Positions 51,458-63,154 of a stretch of DNA of 64,000 bases are shown piece after piece (the first letter of the stretch is position 1; each line of letters opens with the position of its first letter). The DNA comes from Isurus oxyrinchus (taxonomy: Eukaryota), in NCBI GenBank assembly GCA_026770705.1, contig JANJGN010000041.1, positions 5,704,001-5,768,000 on the forward strand, written 5' to 3'. The position numbers and the translations under genes were made by a program. Under the pieces are notes generated by a model, which worked only from the letters and a program-made list of their open reading frames with translations, had not been told where the DNA came from and ran no database searches.

Positions 51458-51547
51458 ATTAAGACGGTGCTTTCTTGCTACTTGGAGTCCTGGTGATGAC
51501 GCAGCCCATCACATCCCAGCAGCTCCATTTCCTTATGGATTTTATTG
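51458..51547 (+). pseudogene. Beta-defensin-like copy C, exon 1 (signal peptide, damaged 5' end)
   Basis: ATT AAG ACG GTG CT- TTC TTG CTA CTT GGA GTC CTG GTG ATG ACG CAG CCC ATC ACA TCC...TTT ATT G|gtaagt reads (M)KTV(L)FLLLGVLVMTQPITSQQLHFLMDFI. It has ATT at the start position, a 1-nt deletion, an in-frame ATG at 51496 and a consensus phase-1 donor. Confidence 0.8.
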
Positions 51548-52039
51548 GTAAGTATGTCTCTACGTAATCTACATTGTGAAATATTGTCAGGTGCAGGAGG
51601 AGGCCATTTCGCTCCTCATGGTATTTTCAAAATAAAAAGATATTTTTTTTCAGATCGATACCTCAACTGCATTAGCGAACATTGATTCTGGAAACTTTAA
51701 TGATGTTTCCTCATATAAAATATATCAAGGTGAATTTCGACTGATTGAATACTATTGAAATATGCTAATATTTGGATGTATGGGCATTATCTCCAACTTT
51801 TTGCCATCTTCCAAAGATTCTTCCTTTCTCCCTGTCTGACTTCCCATCTGTTCGCAGCCACCGCTAATATCAGGTATAAACAAAGCATTGGCTTCCATAC
51901 ATCCGCAGAGGAGCCTAACTTGCCAGCTTGTGGTGCAACCTCGCCGTTTCTTCAACATTAACAGGTGACTGATCGAAAACCCGTATCAGCAAAGTTTTCC
52001 ACCAAATCGAATATATTTATACACCGCTTGGGACAATGA

Positions 52040-52720
52040 CTTCAAGTCCCAAACCAAACTCCATTCCCTGGATACCAGCGCCAGCCCTGTTCTTGGAACC
52101 TGTTTGAGGTGCAGACATAGTGAATTCAAAACACTGTTGTCCTGTTTCAAACACAGGCCTGTGTTATTGCAAAGGGCTCTTCAATCCACCTCAGTATCAT
52201 CGCCCGACCCATCCTCTGTCTCAGCTCATCTGCAGCTGAAGTACTCATCGACACATTTGACACTTTTATACATGACTATCCCAATGCAATCCTGGCTGTT
52301 CGATCGCATTTTAATCACCATAACCTGAGGCCATTCCAAAGCTCTGCTACCTTGGCAACTTAATTCACTTTGGCCCGCATTCATCAATCAAACCCTGAAC
52401 TCACTGAATTATATTGGTTCCTCGTTACGCAATAACCAGATTTTAAAACGGTCATTCTTGTTCTCAAATACCCGGTTGGTCATTCCCGTTCTTGCTCTGG
52501 AATCTCCTCTAGGCAGACAATTGCTGGAGATCTCTGTGCCCCTCTAGTTCGGGACTCTTGAGAATGCCTGCGTAATATCGCTGCGACATTGGCGGCTGTT
52601 AATTCAGGTGTCAGATACCTGAAAACTGGAATTCCTCCTAATTCCTATCCTGCTCCCACTTCCTCCTTAATCCTTTCTCCGTAAATAAATGTTTTGGTCA
52701 CCTCTCCAGTTCACTCCTCA
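52040..52720 (+). mobile_element. L2-type LINE 3' fragment inside the copy C intron
   Basis: tccaaagctctgctacc...attggttcctcgttacgcaataaccagattttaaaac...attggcggctgttaattcagg...ctggaattcctccta. Confidence 0.65.
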
Positions 52721-53155
52721 GGCGATTAGATGTATGATGCTGTTTGATAGAGCTCCTGTGAAGCAGTTTGGGTTGCAATATTGGGTGATCTCAGTTCCTG
52801 TTGTTTTATAAGATACGGAAAGTTCTGCTTGGTAGATGGAGGGAATATACTGTGACTTGTGGTCGGTAGCAACAATCTACGAAACGCCAACATATAAAAG
52901 TCACTAATAAAAGCAAGAAATAACATAGTGGAAACCTTTTTCACTCAGGAAGCAATGAATATGTGGAACTGGCCAGCACAGGGAGTGTTTGTGGTAAATA
53001 GTGTAGATGTATTTAAGATGAAACTGGATAAGCATGTGATAGGGAAAGTATTTCTATGCAACATCACATTCATCATGTGAGTCTAACATCTTATTGCCTC
53101 ACTGTTCTCCTACGCAGTCATACAGAGTGATAAATTTTCTGTTGCTACGTTTCAG

Positions 53156-53271
53156 GTCAATTATTCGGTTGCACAAAATATGGTGGGAAATGCCGAGAAT
53201 TGTTGTGGGGGCCACGTGAGCCTCTGCTACCTCAAATATGTCTCTGGAGCCGTCTCTGCTGCAGGAGTTAG
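53156..53271 (+). pseudogene. Beta-defensin-like copy C, exon 2 (mature peptide, open frame)
   Basis: Acceptor ttttctgttgctacgtttcag, phase 1, matching exon 1. Reads GQLFG C TKYGGK C RELL W GPREPLLPQI C LWSRL CC RS*, i.e. C-x6-C-x4-[W, TGG]-x10-C-x5-CC: beta-defensin spacing with Cys3 replaced. Confidence 0.85.
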
Positions 53272-53395
53272 TCATCTACCATAATGCATTAAGATGTGAA
53301 CCCGTCTGAGGCTGAGGCAGAAGACAATATTTAATCAGGGTTCACTTGATTATAGAGGCCCCGCGATTCCAGACCCACTGCTGTATGGAAATGTG

Positions 53396-53401
53396 AATAA
53401 A
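53396..53401 (+). terminator. Polyadenylation signal of copy C
   Basis: AATAAA 125 nt after the exon 2 stop codon. Confidence 0.6.
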
Positions 53402-54929
53402 TGTTGCTGCATTCATCATCACCTTTATTCATGGTCTCATTTATCACTCAGATCAGCTGATGGTCATGTTGAAATGGAGAGGTTCGGGGAGAGCGGGGTG
53501 TGGGCCATCAGAGAATGGCAGGGTCACATTGTCATTTCATAGCTCCAACATAGCCTCACACACACAGAATATCACCCGTCTGCCAATTCCACAACGTTAC
53601 AGACCCCACATGCCTCGTATGGTCAGTTTCCCTGGGAGGGTGGAAGTAATTGAACACTGGCATTCAGGCCGGCGGACAAGATCGGAGAGCCCTTAACAGT
53701 TAGTACAGATACCGCCCTGCATCATGGCATCAGGACAAACATGATTTTGTGATCTCCATGTCAGTAATCACATTCTGTCCTCCTGATGCAGAGTGGCTCT
53801 GCCATTATAATTAGGGGTGAAAGCTAGCTGTGTGATATGTTAATGAGACACAGTATACATCATCACAGGAAGTGAGGCAACGTTTAATGATCTTGCATTT
53901 TCTTTTCGACTTCATGGCAGGCAGAAGCTACAGTAAAGATATTTCTCAATTAAAACTTAATGTTTTGAATACATCAGTAGAAATTGTAAATATTCTGTGC
54001 AGTAATCACGATACCGTTTACATTATATGATGGCAGTGAGAGAACGATCAAACACAGGAAGTCCTAGCAGGGGCAGAAAGCTAAGAGCAGGCGGTAAATC
54101 TGAACCAGGCAGACACTTGGCTGAGTTGGCGCCTGTTTTTTGGCATATCTTGCAAGATTTGGTGTCTCCCTGAAAAATATAGCTTTGGGCAGGTCAGTGC
54201 GATATTAAAGATTGTTGGTGGCTGTGCAGATAATATCTTCGACTGGAAAGGGAGTGAAGCAGAACAAATATGTTGCAATGAAGTAATAAAAACACCCAAT
54301 GCCTACTTCTGCCTTTTAAATAATACCAATATCCTGCCACTTAGATTTAAGAAGCAATCACAGCAAAAAGGGAAATGAATGAATACACTTAACGACGGCC
54401 TGCATGGACTTGCAGAGAAATGTGAACATGGCAGCTTAATGCTGAACAAAGCAAGAACAGATTAGGCCTTGGAGTCTAGGATGTAGCATTGCTTCACCAA
54501 TTGCAGTGTGTGGATGATTGTACCTTAACACAGGCAATTCATCCCAGCAGAGAAGCTGAGTTCAAGATATAGACTCAATCCATGATTGGTGCTGTCAGGG
54601 GGAAATATGCCGCTAAAGTAAACATAGTTTCAGTGAAATAGGTTAACCTTAAAAACAGAGAGGGAGCCCTGAAAGAAAAGAATGGAAGGCAGGAGGATCG
54701 TACAGCAACTTCCCAGCTAAATGTTTCAGTGTGGTGGGAAGGAAGGGAGAGCGGGTGAAGTGTGGAAATTATCCCTCCAAAGAATTTGGAGGACAGTTGT
54801 TCCAGAAAGAGTGGTGACTTTCAGTTGCAAGTCACAGTCAGATGCTAGGACAGAATAATTGAAATGAAAAAAAAAATAAACATCAAAAGAGAAATCAATT
54901 TCACAGGACATGGCGTCACGTCTTGTGAT

Positions 54930-55085
54930 AATGCATACTGCCTCTCATTCGAAAGGGAGATGCTGGGACAAATTCAGGGGCAGCAGACGCCTCAAACCAG
55001 GCTGGTGTGTCAGAAATGATGGGAGCTGTTACAGAGCAGTCCTGCATCAGATGCAAATAATTAGGAAACCGAAAAGGAATGTGTT
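54930..55085 (+). other. Shared upstream element of defensin-like module D, split by a LINE and resuming at about 56371
   Basis: gctgggacaaattcaggggcagcagac...tgtcagaaatgatgggagctgttacagagcagtcc aligns to 50357-50435. cagaaatatttaac follows the LINE. Confidence 0.7.
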
Positions 55086-55089
55086 TTTT

Positions 55090-56370
55090 ATTGTAAATCC
55101 ATTCACAGAATGTGGCCCCCTTGGCGAGGCCAGCACTTACTGTCCATCATTAAATCTCATTGAGAAACCGCCGGTGAGCTGCCTTCTTGAAGCACTGCAG
55201 TCCATGTGTTTTAAGCCTCATTTCGGTTAGACAGGGGGTTCCAGTGTTTTTATCCAGTGACAGTGAAGCAACAGCAATATTTTTTAAATTAGAAAAGGCG
55301 AGTGGTTTAGATTGGATCTTACAGCGGGTGGTGCCTCCATGCAGCAGCATCCATTGTCCTTGTAGGTAATCTTGGATTTTAAGGTGCTTTCCACAGAATC
55401 GTGCTGGGTTCCTGAAATGCATCTGGTAGATCGTAGATAAGACTGCTACTCTGTGTCGATGGTGGTGCATCATTTGCCAATAAAGCAGCTTGCATTGTCC
55501 TGGATGGTGTCAAGCATCTGTAGTGTTGTGAGACAGGCATTCATCCGGGCAATTGCATCACACTCTTGACGTCCGTCTTCTTGATACTGGACCTCATCTG
55601 GGATGTCAGGAGTCTAATAACTCGCCGCGGGATTCCTGGAATCTGATCAGACCTTAGAGCCATCGAATTTGCATGGCTATTCCAGTTCACTTTCTCGAAA
55701 AGGGAAATCCCCAGAATTAGGCGATGATAAATTCATTGAGTGTCAATTGGAAATGCTTGTGGGAATATTCATTCCCTGGCACTTGTGTGGCGCAAATGAT
55801 ACTTGTCTCTTGTAGCCTTTGCATTGTCCAGGTCTTGCTGCATATGTTCATGGACCGCTTCAGTTCCTGAGGATTCACGAACGGTGCCTAACATTGTTCA
55901 ACCATCCTTCTGTGACCTTATGATGTATAGTTGGTCTATGATAAAGAAGCTTAATGTGCTTCTCCCGCATCCCCGATTCCCAAATAATCCATTTTTGAGG
56001 GGTCACTGATGCCGCATTTGGTCAAATGCAGCCTTGATTTTAAGCACCCTGTCTCCCACCTGAACTCTGCACTTTCGCCTTTTTTTTTCCATGTTTGAAC
56101 CAAGGCTGTAACATGGTCAGGAGCTCAGTGGCCCTATTGGATCCCAAACTGAGCGTCTGTAAGCAGGTTATTGCAGAACAAGTGTCGTTTGATTACACTA
56201 TTAATGACACCTTCCACGACTTTGGTAATCGAAAGAAGTTTAATGGGGCGGTTATTGTCTTGGTTGGATTTGCTTTGCGTTTTGTGGACAGGTCATAGCT
56301 GCGCAATTTTACCACAGCCGGTAGAGACTACTGTTTTGGCTGCACCAGAACATGTTGGCTGGTGGGAAAT
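55090..56370 (-). mobile_element. APE-RT LINE, 3' 1.3 kb
   Basis: Tail ccattcacagaatgtggcccccttggcgaggccagcacttactgtccatc...ggtgagctgccttcttgaagcactgcagtcc. RT-region remnant atttggtcaaatgcagccttgat. Confidence 0.75.
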
Positions 56371-56699
56371 CAGAAATATTTAACTGTATGTGCAGATGGA
56401 TCTGACAGGGTGAGAGAGACAGGGACCTTGAGAATAGGATGCAGAATTAGATGGCTTATCGAGCAGGAACAGTTACTGACACAGAGGGATAGGGCCAGTT
56501 AGGGCAAGGTAAAACCATCAACAACTAGAGAAGAGGGAGAGTGAGAAAAGATGGGGAGATTAAGGCTCTCATTTTTTTTATTCTGAGATGAAGAGAGTGA
56601 TTTAAGTAAATGTTTGCATTGTTATAACACCTCTCACAGGCTGAGAAATTCCAACAGTCATTACAGTCAATGACTTAGTACAGGATTGTGGTCACTGTG

Positions 56700-57895
56700 T
56701 GTCATCGCTCTCTCTTTCTCTGTCGGTCTGTCTGTCTGTCTGTCTCTCTCTCCCAGTCTCTCTCTCACTCCGTATCTACATATCCCCTCTCCATATAACT
56801 GTCTTCCCCACGATATACGGCTTTGACTATCCATTCTCTGTCACATTATTTATTTTTCTCGCTTTCTCTCTCAATTTCTGTTCCTGATTCATTCTCTCTC
56901 TCAAGGTATCCATATTTACACCCCTCTGTAACTCAATCAGTCTTGACTGTCACTCTCCCTCTTTTCTCCCGTTTGTATCTATTTCTGTAACCCTCTCCAA
57001 ATGTGCCTCGCTCCCTCTGCATCTCTCACTGCCAGTCTCTCTCCGAATCTGCATTTCTCCGTGCAATCCTCCCCTGCTGTGTATATCTTTCTCTTTTTTT
57101 CCCCGTCTCTCTCTTTCTCTTTTTACATGTTTGTAGCTATGTATTTATTGCTCTCTCCTTCTTTGAATCTTGGTATAGGTGCCTATCACATTCAGGTCAT
57201 CTGTCCTAATGCATCCATGTCTGCTCCATTGGTTTTCTCTTTCCGTCTCTGTGGCTCTCTCACTCTACCTTTCTGCCCCACGATACTTGTGTGTTTCCTC
57301 TTTTTCTCGCATTCTGCCTGTGCATATCTCTCCCTCCCTCCCACACACACACACATGTGCTTGCACAAGCAGCTGCACACACACTCAGGCATGCACGCAT
57401 GCACGCATTCACGCATGCATACAAATTGCACCATAGACTCAATGCCTCTGTGCCCCTTCCAATTTGAGACTGTATGTTTCAGTAATGCATCTCCCACCTC
57501 CTCTGTGTCTTTCTTCCTCTTCCAAACATCTTTTCTGTTTGCTTCTTCTGAAAAACACTCCCACTGTTTTGCTCACCCCATATGTGCCTCTCTCCCCCTA
57601 TATTTCTCCATGTGCATGAGCATTTCTCCCTCTGTGTCCCTCTCTGGTCCGAGTCTCTCTGCTTACCTTCCTCCTTCTGTCAATTTCGTGGTCGATGTTG
57701 AATTAGTTGGTGGTTTCCAAATGTTGAGGCTGTTGAAGTTGTTAATGTTTTTCAATGTTGATGTTGTTGAATTTGTTGGTGTTTTTCAAATGTTGAGTTT
57801 GTTGAATTTGTTTGAGTTTATGTTTGGGTGTGTGTATGTGTGTGCATACATGAGTGGATCATTCTCTCAGTGTATGTTTGTGTGTGTGTACGTGT
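56700..57895. repeat. CT-, CA- and GT-rich low-complexity tract, including about four 34-bp units at 57695-57815
   Basis: tctctc, cacacac and ttgaatttgttggtgtttttcaaatgttga repeats. Accounts for ORF 57001-57900. Confidence 0.8.
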
Positions 57896-60800
57896 ACTAG
57901 ATACGAACACCCACAGTCGTTGGGACAGTGAGTTGGGCCATCCCAGGGACCAGACCCGAACACACCCAGATCTCGGGACAATGATGTAGTCCAGACAATG
58001 ATCTGAACACGATGAAAACCAAATGTCGGAAAAGGGAGCTGAACGAGAGCAGGGACTATACACGAAAACCCCAAGACCCCGGGACAGTGAGTTGACAGAC
58101 AGCAGTGACTAGCCCCCAAAACTCCCACACCTCGGGTACAGTGAGCTTATACAACCCAGGGTCTAGACACGAGCAACCCAAGACCACCGGACACTGAGGT
58201 GGTCCAGTCCAGTGTCTAGTCCCGCATACCCCCAGGCCACAGGGCTGTGATTTGGCACAACCCAGTGATCAGACCTGGATACCTCCAGACCTCTGGTACA
58301 ATGAGCGAGCCCAGCCAATGGACCAAACATGAAAACTCCCAGACCTCAGGACAGTAAGCTGGTGCAGCCCAAGAACCAGACACAAAAACCCTACAACTTG
58401 GGGGAGTGTGCTGACCCAGCCCAGGGACGTGACCCGAATGAACACAGAGCTCGGAGTAGTGAGCTGGCCCAGCTCAGGGATTAGACACGAACATCTCCAG
58501 ACATTGATTCAGTGAGCTGGCCCAGTTCTGGGACTAGACCCGAACACCCTCAGACATCGGGACACTGAGCTGGCTGAGCTCAGGGAATAGACCCAAACAC
58601 CCTTAGACCTCGGGACACAGAGCTGGCCCAGCTCAGGTACTAGACACGAACACCCTCAGACCTCAGGACAATGAGGTGGCCCAGCTCAGGGACTAGATGT
58701 GAACATCCTCAATTCTCGGGACACTGCTCTGTTCCAGCTCAGGAACTAGAAACAAACACCCCCAGACCTCGGGACAGTGAGCTGGTCCAGCTCAGGGAAT
58801 AGACACATAAACCCGCAGACCTCTGTAATGTGAGCATGATGAGCCCAAGGACTAGATCTTTATGCTCCCAGACCTCGGCAGAGTGAGCTGGCCCAGCCCG
58901 GGGTCCTGAATCGAGCACCAAAAGACCTCAGGACAGTGAGCGCCCCCAGCCCGGAGATTGGATATGAACATTCTGAAGGCTCAGGTGCAATGAGCTGGGC
59001 CAGACCAAGAACCAGAAACAATCACCCCCAGACCTCAGTACTGTAAGCTGCTCCATCCCAGTGACTAGAGGCGAACTCCCCTAGAAAACGGGACAGTGAG
59101 CTGGACCAGAACAATGATCAGACCCAAACACCATCACACCTCAGGACAGTGAGCCTGCCCAGCTTAGTGACCAGATCCAAACACCACCAGACCTCGGAAC
59201 AGTGAGCAGAGCCAGCCCAGGGACTAGCTGTGAAAAAACACCAGACCACTTCTAGATTGAGCTTTCCCAGCCAAGGTACTGGACACGGACACTCCCAGAA
59301 AATGGGACAGTGAGCTCACCCCGAACAGGGACTAGACCCAAACACCATCTGACCTCGGGACAGTGAGCTGAGCCAGGCCAGCGACTAGACGCAAAAAAAA
59401 AAAGCAGACCACTTGTATCTTGAGTTTGCCAAGCCCAGGGACTGGACGCGGACACTCCCAGAAAACGGGACAGTGAGCTGGGCCAGAACAGGGACGAGAC
59501 CCAGCACCCCTTGAGCTCTGGACAGTGAGCTTGTTTAGAACAGGACCAACACCCGAACACCGACAGACCTTGAGTATAGTGAGCTGGCCAGACCAGGCTC
59601 TGGAACAGGACACCAAAGAACTTTGGGACAGTGAGCTCTACCAGTCCACGGACTAGACTTGAAGACCCACAGCGGTCAAGTACAGTGGGCAGGCCAGGCC
59701 CAGGGACAGGACAGGAACAATCCCAGAACTAAGATCAGTGATCTGGCCCAGCGCAGGGACTAGACCCAAATACTCCCAGAGTACGGGACAGTGCTCTGGC
59801 AAAGTTCAGGAACTGGAACTGAACACAACCAAACATCGGGACATTGAGCTTATATAGAACAGGGACTACACAAAACACCAACAGACCTCGAGTACAGTGA
59901 GCTGGCCCAGACCAGGCTCTGGACCAGGGCACCAATGTACTTTGGGACAATGAGCTGAAAAAGTCCACAGACTTGAACTGAATAACCCCACAGGTTGGGT
60001 ACAGTGAGTAGGCCCAGGCCAGGTGCAGGAGACGAACCATCCCAGACCACGGGGCAGTGAACTGACATAGCCCAGTGACTAGACGTGAACACCCCAAAAC
60101 CTTGGGACAATAAGCTGGACAACTTCAGGGACAAGAGACGAAATCCCCCAGGCCTCGAGTACAGTGAGATGGTCCGCACCAGGGACCAGACCCGAAAAGC
60201 CCCAGAACTCAGGACAGTGAGCTGTTCTAGCCAAGGGACCGGACACAAACACCCCCAGAACTCAGGACAGAGAGTTGTCCCAGCCCAGGGACTGGAGTGG
60301 AACACCCACGGGCCTCGGGACAGTGAGCTGGCCCAGCACAGAAGCGAGGCCAGAGCACCGCCTGACCTGAGGACAGTGTGGTGACCCAACCCCTTGACCA
60401 GACACAGACACGCTCAGTTCTCGGAACAGAGAGCTGACCTAGCCCAGTGTCTAGACCCAAAAAAACACAGACCTGCTTTACAGTGAGCTCGCCCAGCCCT
60501 GGTACTAGACCCGAAGACCCGCAGTGCTTGGGGAAGTGAGAGGGCCCAGCCAAGGGACCAGACCCAAACAAAAACAGTCATCAGAGTAGTGAGCTAGTCT
60601 AGCCCAGGAGCAGGACTCGAACACACCCCAGTCCACGGGACAGTGAGCTAGGCCAGCCCAGGGGCAGGACTCGAACACACCCCAGACCTCGAGATAGTAA
60701 TCTTGCCCTGCCCAGGGACTTGAATCGAGAAGTGAGCTGGTCCATGCAAGGCTCTATTACCAAACAACCCAAGACCTCGGGTACAGTGAAGTGGCCCAGA

Positions 60801-60900
60801 CCAGGGTCTAGATCCCAACACCCACAGAACCTGAGTCCGTGAGATGGCCAAGTGCAGTGAGCAGACCCGAACAATACCAGACTCTGGTCAGTGAGCTGAC
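57895..60900. repeat. Satellite array, unit about 53 bp, about 55 copies
   Basis: Consensus gggacagtgagctggcccagc(c/t)cagggactagac(a/c)cgaacaccc(c/t)cagacctc repeated head to tail. Confidence 0.95.
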
Positions 60901-60944
60901 TAAAAATGTCATACAGACATTAGCATAAACTTTATCATGCAGCA

Positions 60945-61585
60945 GGTTGTTAGGATCTGGAACGGGCTGTCTGAGAGTGTGGAGGATGGCGGGTGAATCG
61001 CGGGGTTAGGACTTAAATGTGCAGCCTGAGAGTGTGAGGGAGGGAGGGTATATCGAGGGATTGGCATTTCACATGCGTGGGCTGGGAGTGTGTGGCCAAT
61101 CGGGGGATTAGGATCTGGAATATGCTCCCTGAGACTGTGGGGGATGGAGGGTCAATCGAGGGGTCAGGATTTGGAATGCACTGCCTGAGCGGCTGGGGGA
61201 GGAAGGGTTAATCAAGGGGTTAGTACCTAGAACGTGCTGACTGGGAGTGTAGGGAGGGAGCATCAATCGAGGGGTTAGGATCTGGAACGCACTGCCTGAG
61301 ATTGTTGGGGTAGTGGGTCAAACGAGTAGTTAGGATCTGGAATGCCCTGCCAGAGATTGTGGGGGAGGGAAGGTCAGTCAAGGTGTTAGGATGTGGAACG
61401 CAATGCCTGAGACTCTCTGGGAGGGAGGGTGATTTGCGGTGTTAGGATCTGGAATGCATGGCCTGAGAGCGTTAGTGAGGGAGGAACAATTGATGGGTTA
61501 GGATCTGGATTGCAGGGCCAGAGAGTGTGGGTGAGGGTAGGTCAATCGAATGGTTAGGAGGTGGATTGCGCTGCCTGAGAGTGAT
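60945..61585 (+). repeat. G-rich minisatellite (about 56 bp, 11-12 copies) derived from a CR1 3' segment
   Basis: Unit gttaggatctggaatgcactgcctgagagtgtgggggagggagggtcaatcgaggg. CR1 3' sequence continues after the array to about 61740 (gcacagatacgacgggccaagaggcctccttc). Confidence 0.85.
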
Positions 61586-61999
61586 TTGGAAAGAGGGCCT
61601 ACTGAGTGGTTCCAGAGGAAATCGGTTTGTTATCTGCGAAGGAGGACTGTGCTGGGTTGACGGGATCAGGGGGGCATATTGATTATTTCCTCACTCACAA
61701 AGTCAGCACAGATACGACGGGCCAAGAGGCCTCCTTCGGCACGGCAACTGGAACAACAGGGTCTGCATTGGAATCTGTGCTGTCAGAGGGTCTATTTTTA
61801 GAAGCAGGCACAAACTGAAAACAGAAAGTGAGAACGTAAACTGGAAATGTTATAAAAATATAAAACAATGAAAGGAACTAGTCCCTGCACCTTACAAGAA
61901 AATGAAAACGAAAAAAGAAAGTTGTGGGGAAACGGAATCCGATTGAGTCCATATCCAGCGTCGCAGAGCCATCCACTACCAGTAGCGGCTGATCAGGAG

Positions 62000-62748
62000 T
62001 GTTATGAAGCACTAATATAGGTAATATTATCGGAAGTGTTTTTCATTCAGAATGGAGGTTTAGTCTGTGGGTGTGTCTTAACTGGATTAAAGCCAGCTGG
62101 TGATCTGCAGTAGTTTTGATACAGAAGTGAGGTAGAGTGAATTTGCATTTTTCTGAATGAAGCATTGAAGAAGTGGAGTGAGAGCTGACACCTGCCCAGC
62201 AGCTACAAAGCAATATTGTTTATATTACTGATAAAATCGGCACTATGAAAGGGGTTTTATTTGTTAAAGGAGTTTGGTTCAGATTTTGTTGATGATATAT
62301 GAATTCACATTCAATGGGGTGGTGAGTGTAACTTCAGCAGTTTTCGGTTGTGCAGGGCAGAGGTAATGGGAGATGAAAAGGCAGCTGTGAGCCTCCAATT
62401 GGCTCCACTGGAAGCAAAGTGAATAGAACATCATTTTGAATTCGCAAGGTGAAAACGTTTTGCCTGTATCTCGTTAATTCTAATGGTTGTTGTTACCTTA
62501 TTGGAGATTGGTTTGGGAATTTGCTATAAGTTATGATAGTATTAATTTTTAATCATGTGTTTTAACTAGTGCAAAATAATAAAATGTTTCATTTAGTTTA
62601 GTGTGAAATCTCGAAAACTGGTGGTCCAATTCATGAATTTAGTGTCGTATCTTAAACATAACACTTCAAATTGCAGGTAATGACACTTGTTTAAAGTTTG
62701 CCGCTGGGATTTTGAAATGAATTCATTTTACCAACTACATCGGTCAAA
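62000..62748 (+). mobile_element. Putative solo LTR
   Basis: Starts TGTTATG, contains AATAAA near 62578 and ends in a decayed ggtca.a terminus. No PBS or gag follows. Confidence 0.5.
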
Positions 62749-63154
62749 ATGAGAGTCCAGCGGTGCAGTACAAGCGGGCTGAAGAAAAGTCGAGGTGGAA
62801 AATGAGCAAGCACAAAAAATGCTTGCAGGGTTGAGCAACTTCAGTTCCATGGATCGATTGAAGAATTTGGGACTGTTGTCCTCAGAGATGAGATGGTCGG
62901 GAGAAGAGCTGCTCAAAATCATGACACGTCTGGGCCAGAGTGATTCAGGAGAAGCTGTTCACATTGGGGGAAGGAGGAAGAATCAAAGGGGTACAGGTTG
63001 AAGAGTACAGACTCACCCCAAGTCCTTGACATCCCCCCAAACCAAAAGTGCCAGTTATTGACGTGTGCCTTATTGCATGTGTAATGCATAGTTTTCAATG
63101 AACCATAATTCACTTGAAAATTCATGTTTAATTTAGACTCATTTTGCATTGCAG

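Noticed and set aside
57001-57900. Longest ORF in the track (299 aa)
   Set aside because: It spans CT, CA and GT low-complexity DNA that is depleted of stop codons, and has no recognisable domain.
57895-60900. CRISPR-like appearance of regularly spaced gggacagtgagctgg motifs
   Set aside because: The intervening sequences are homologous to each other rather than unique spacers, there are no cas genes, and the context is vertebrate DNA. It is a satellite.
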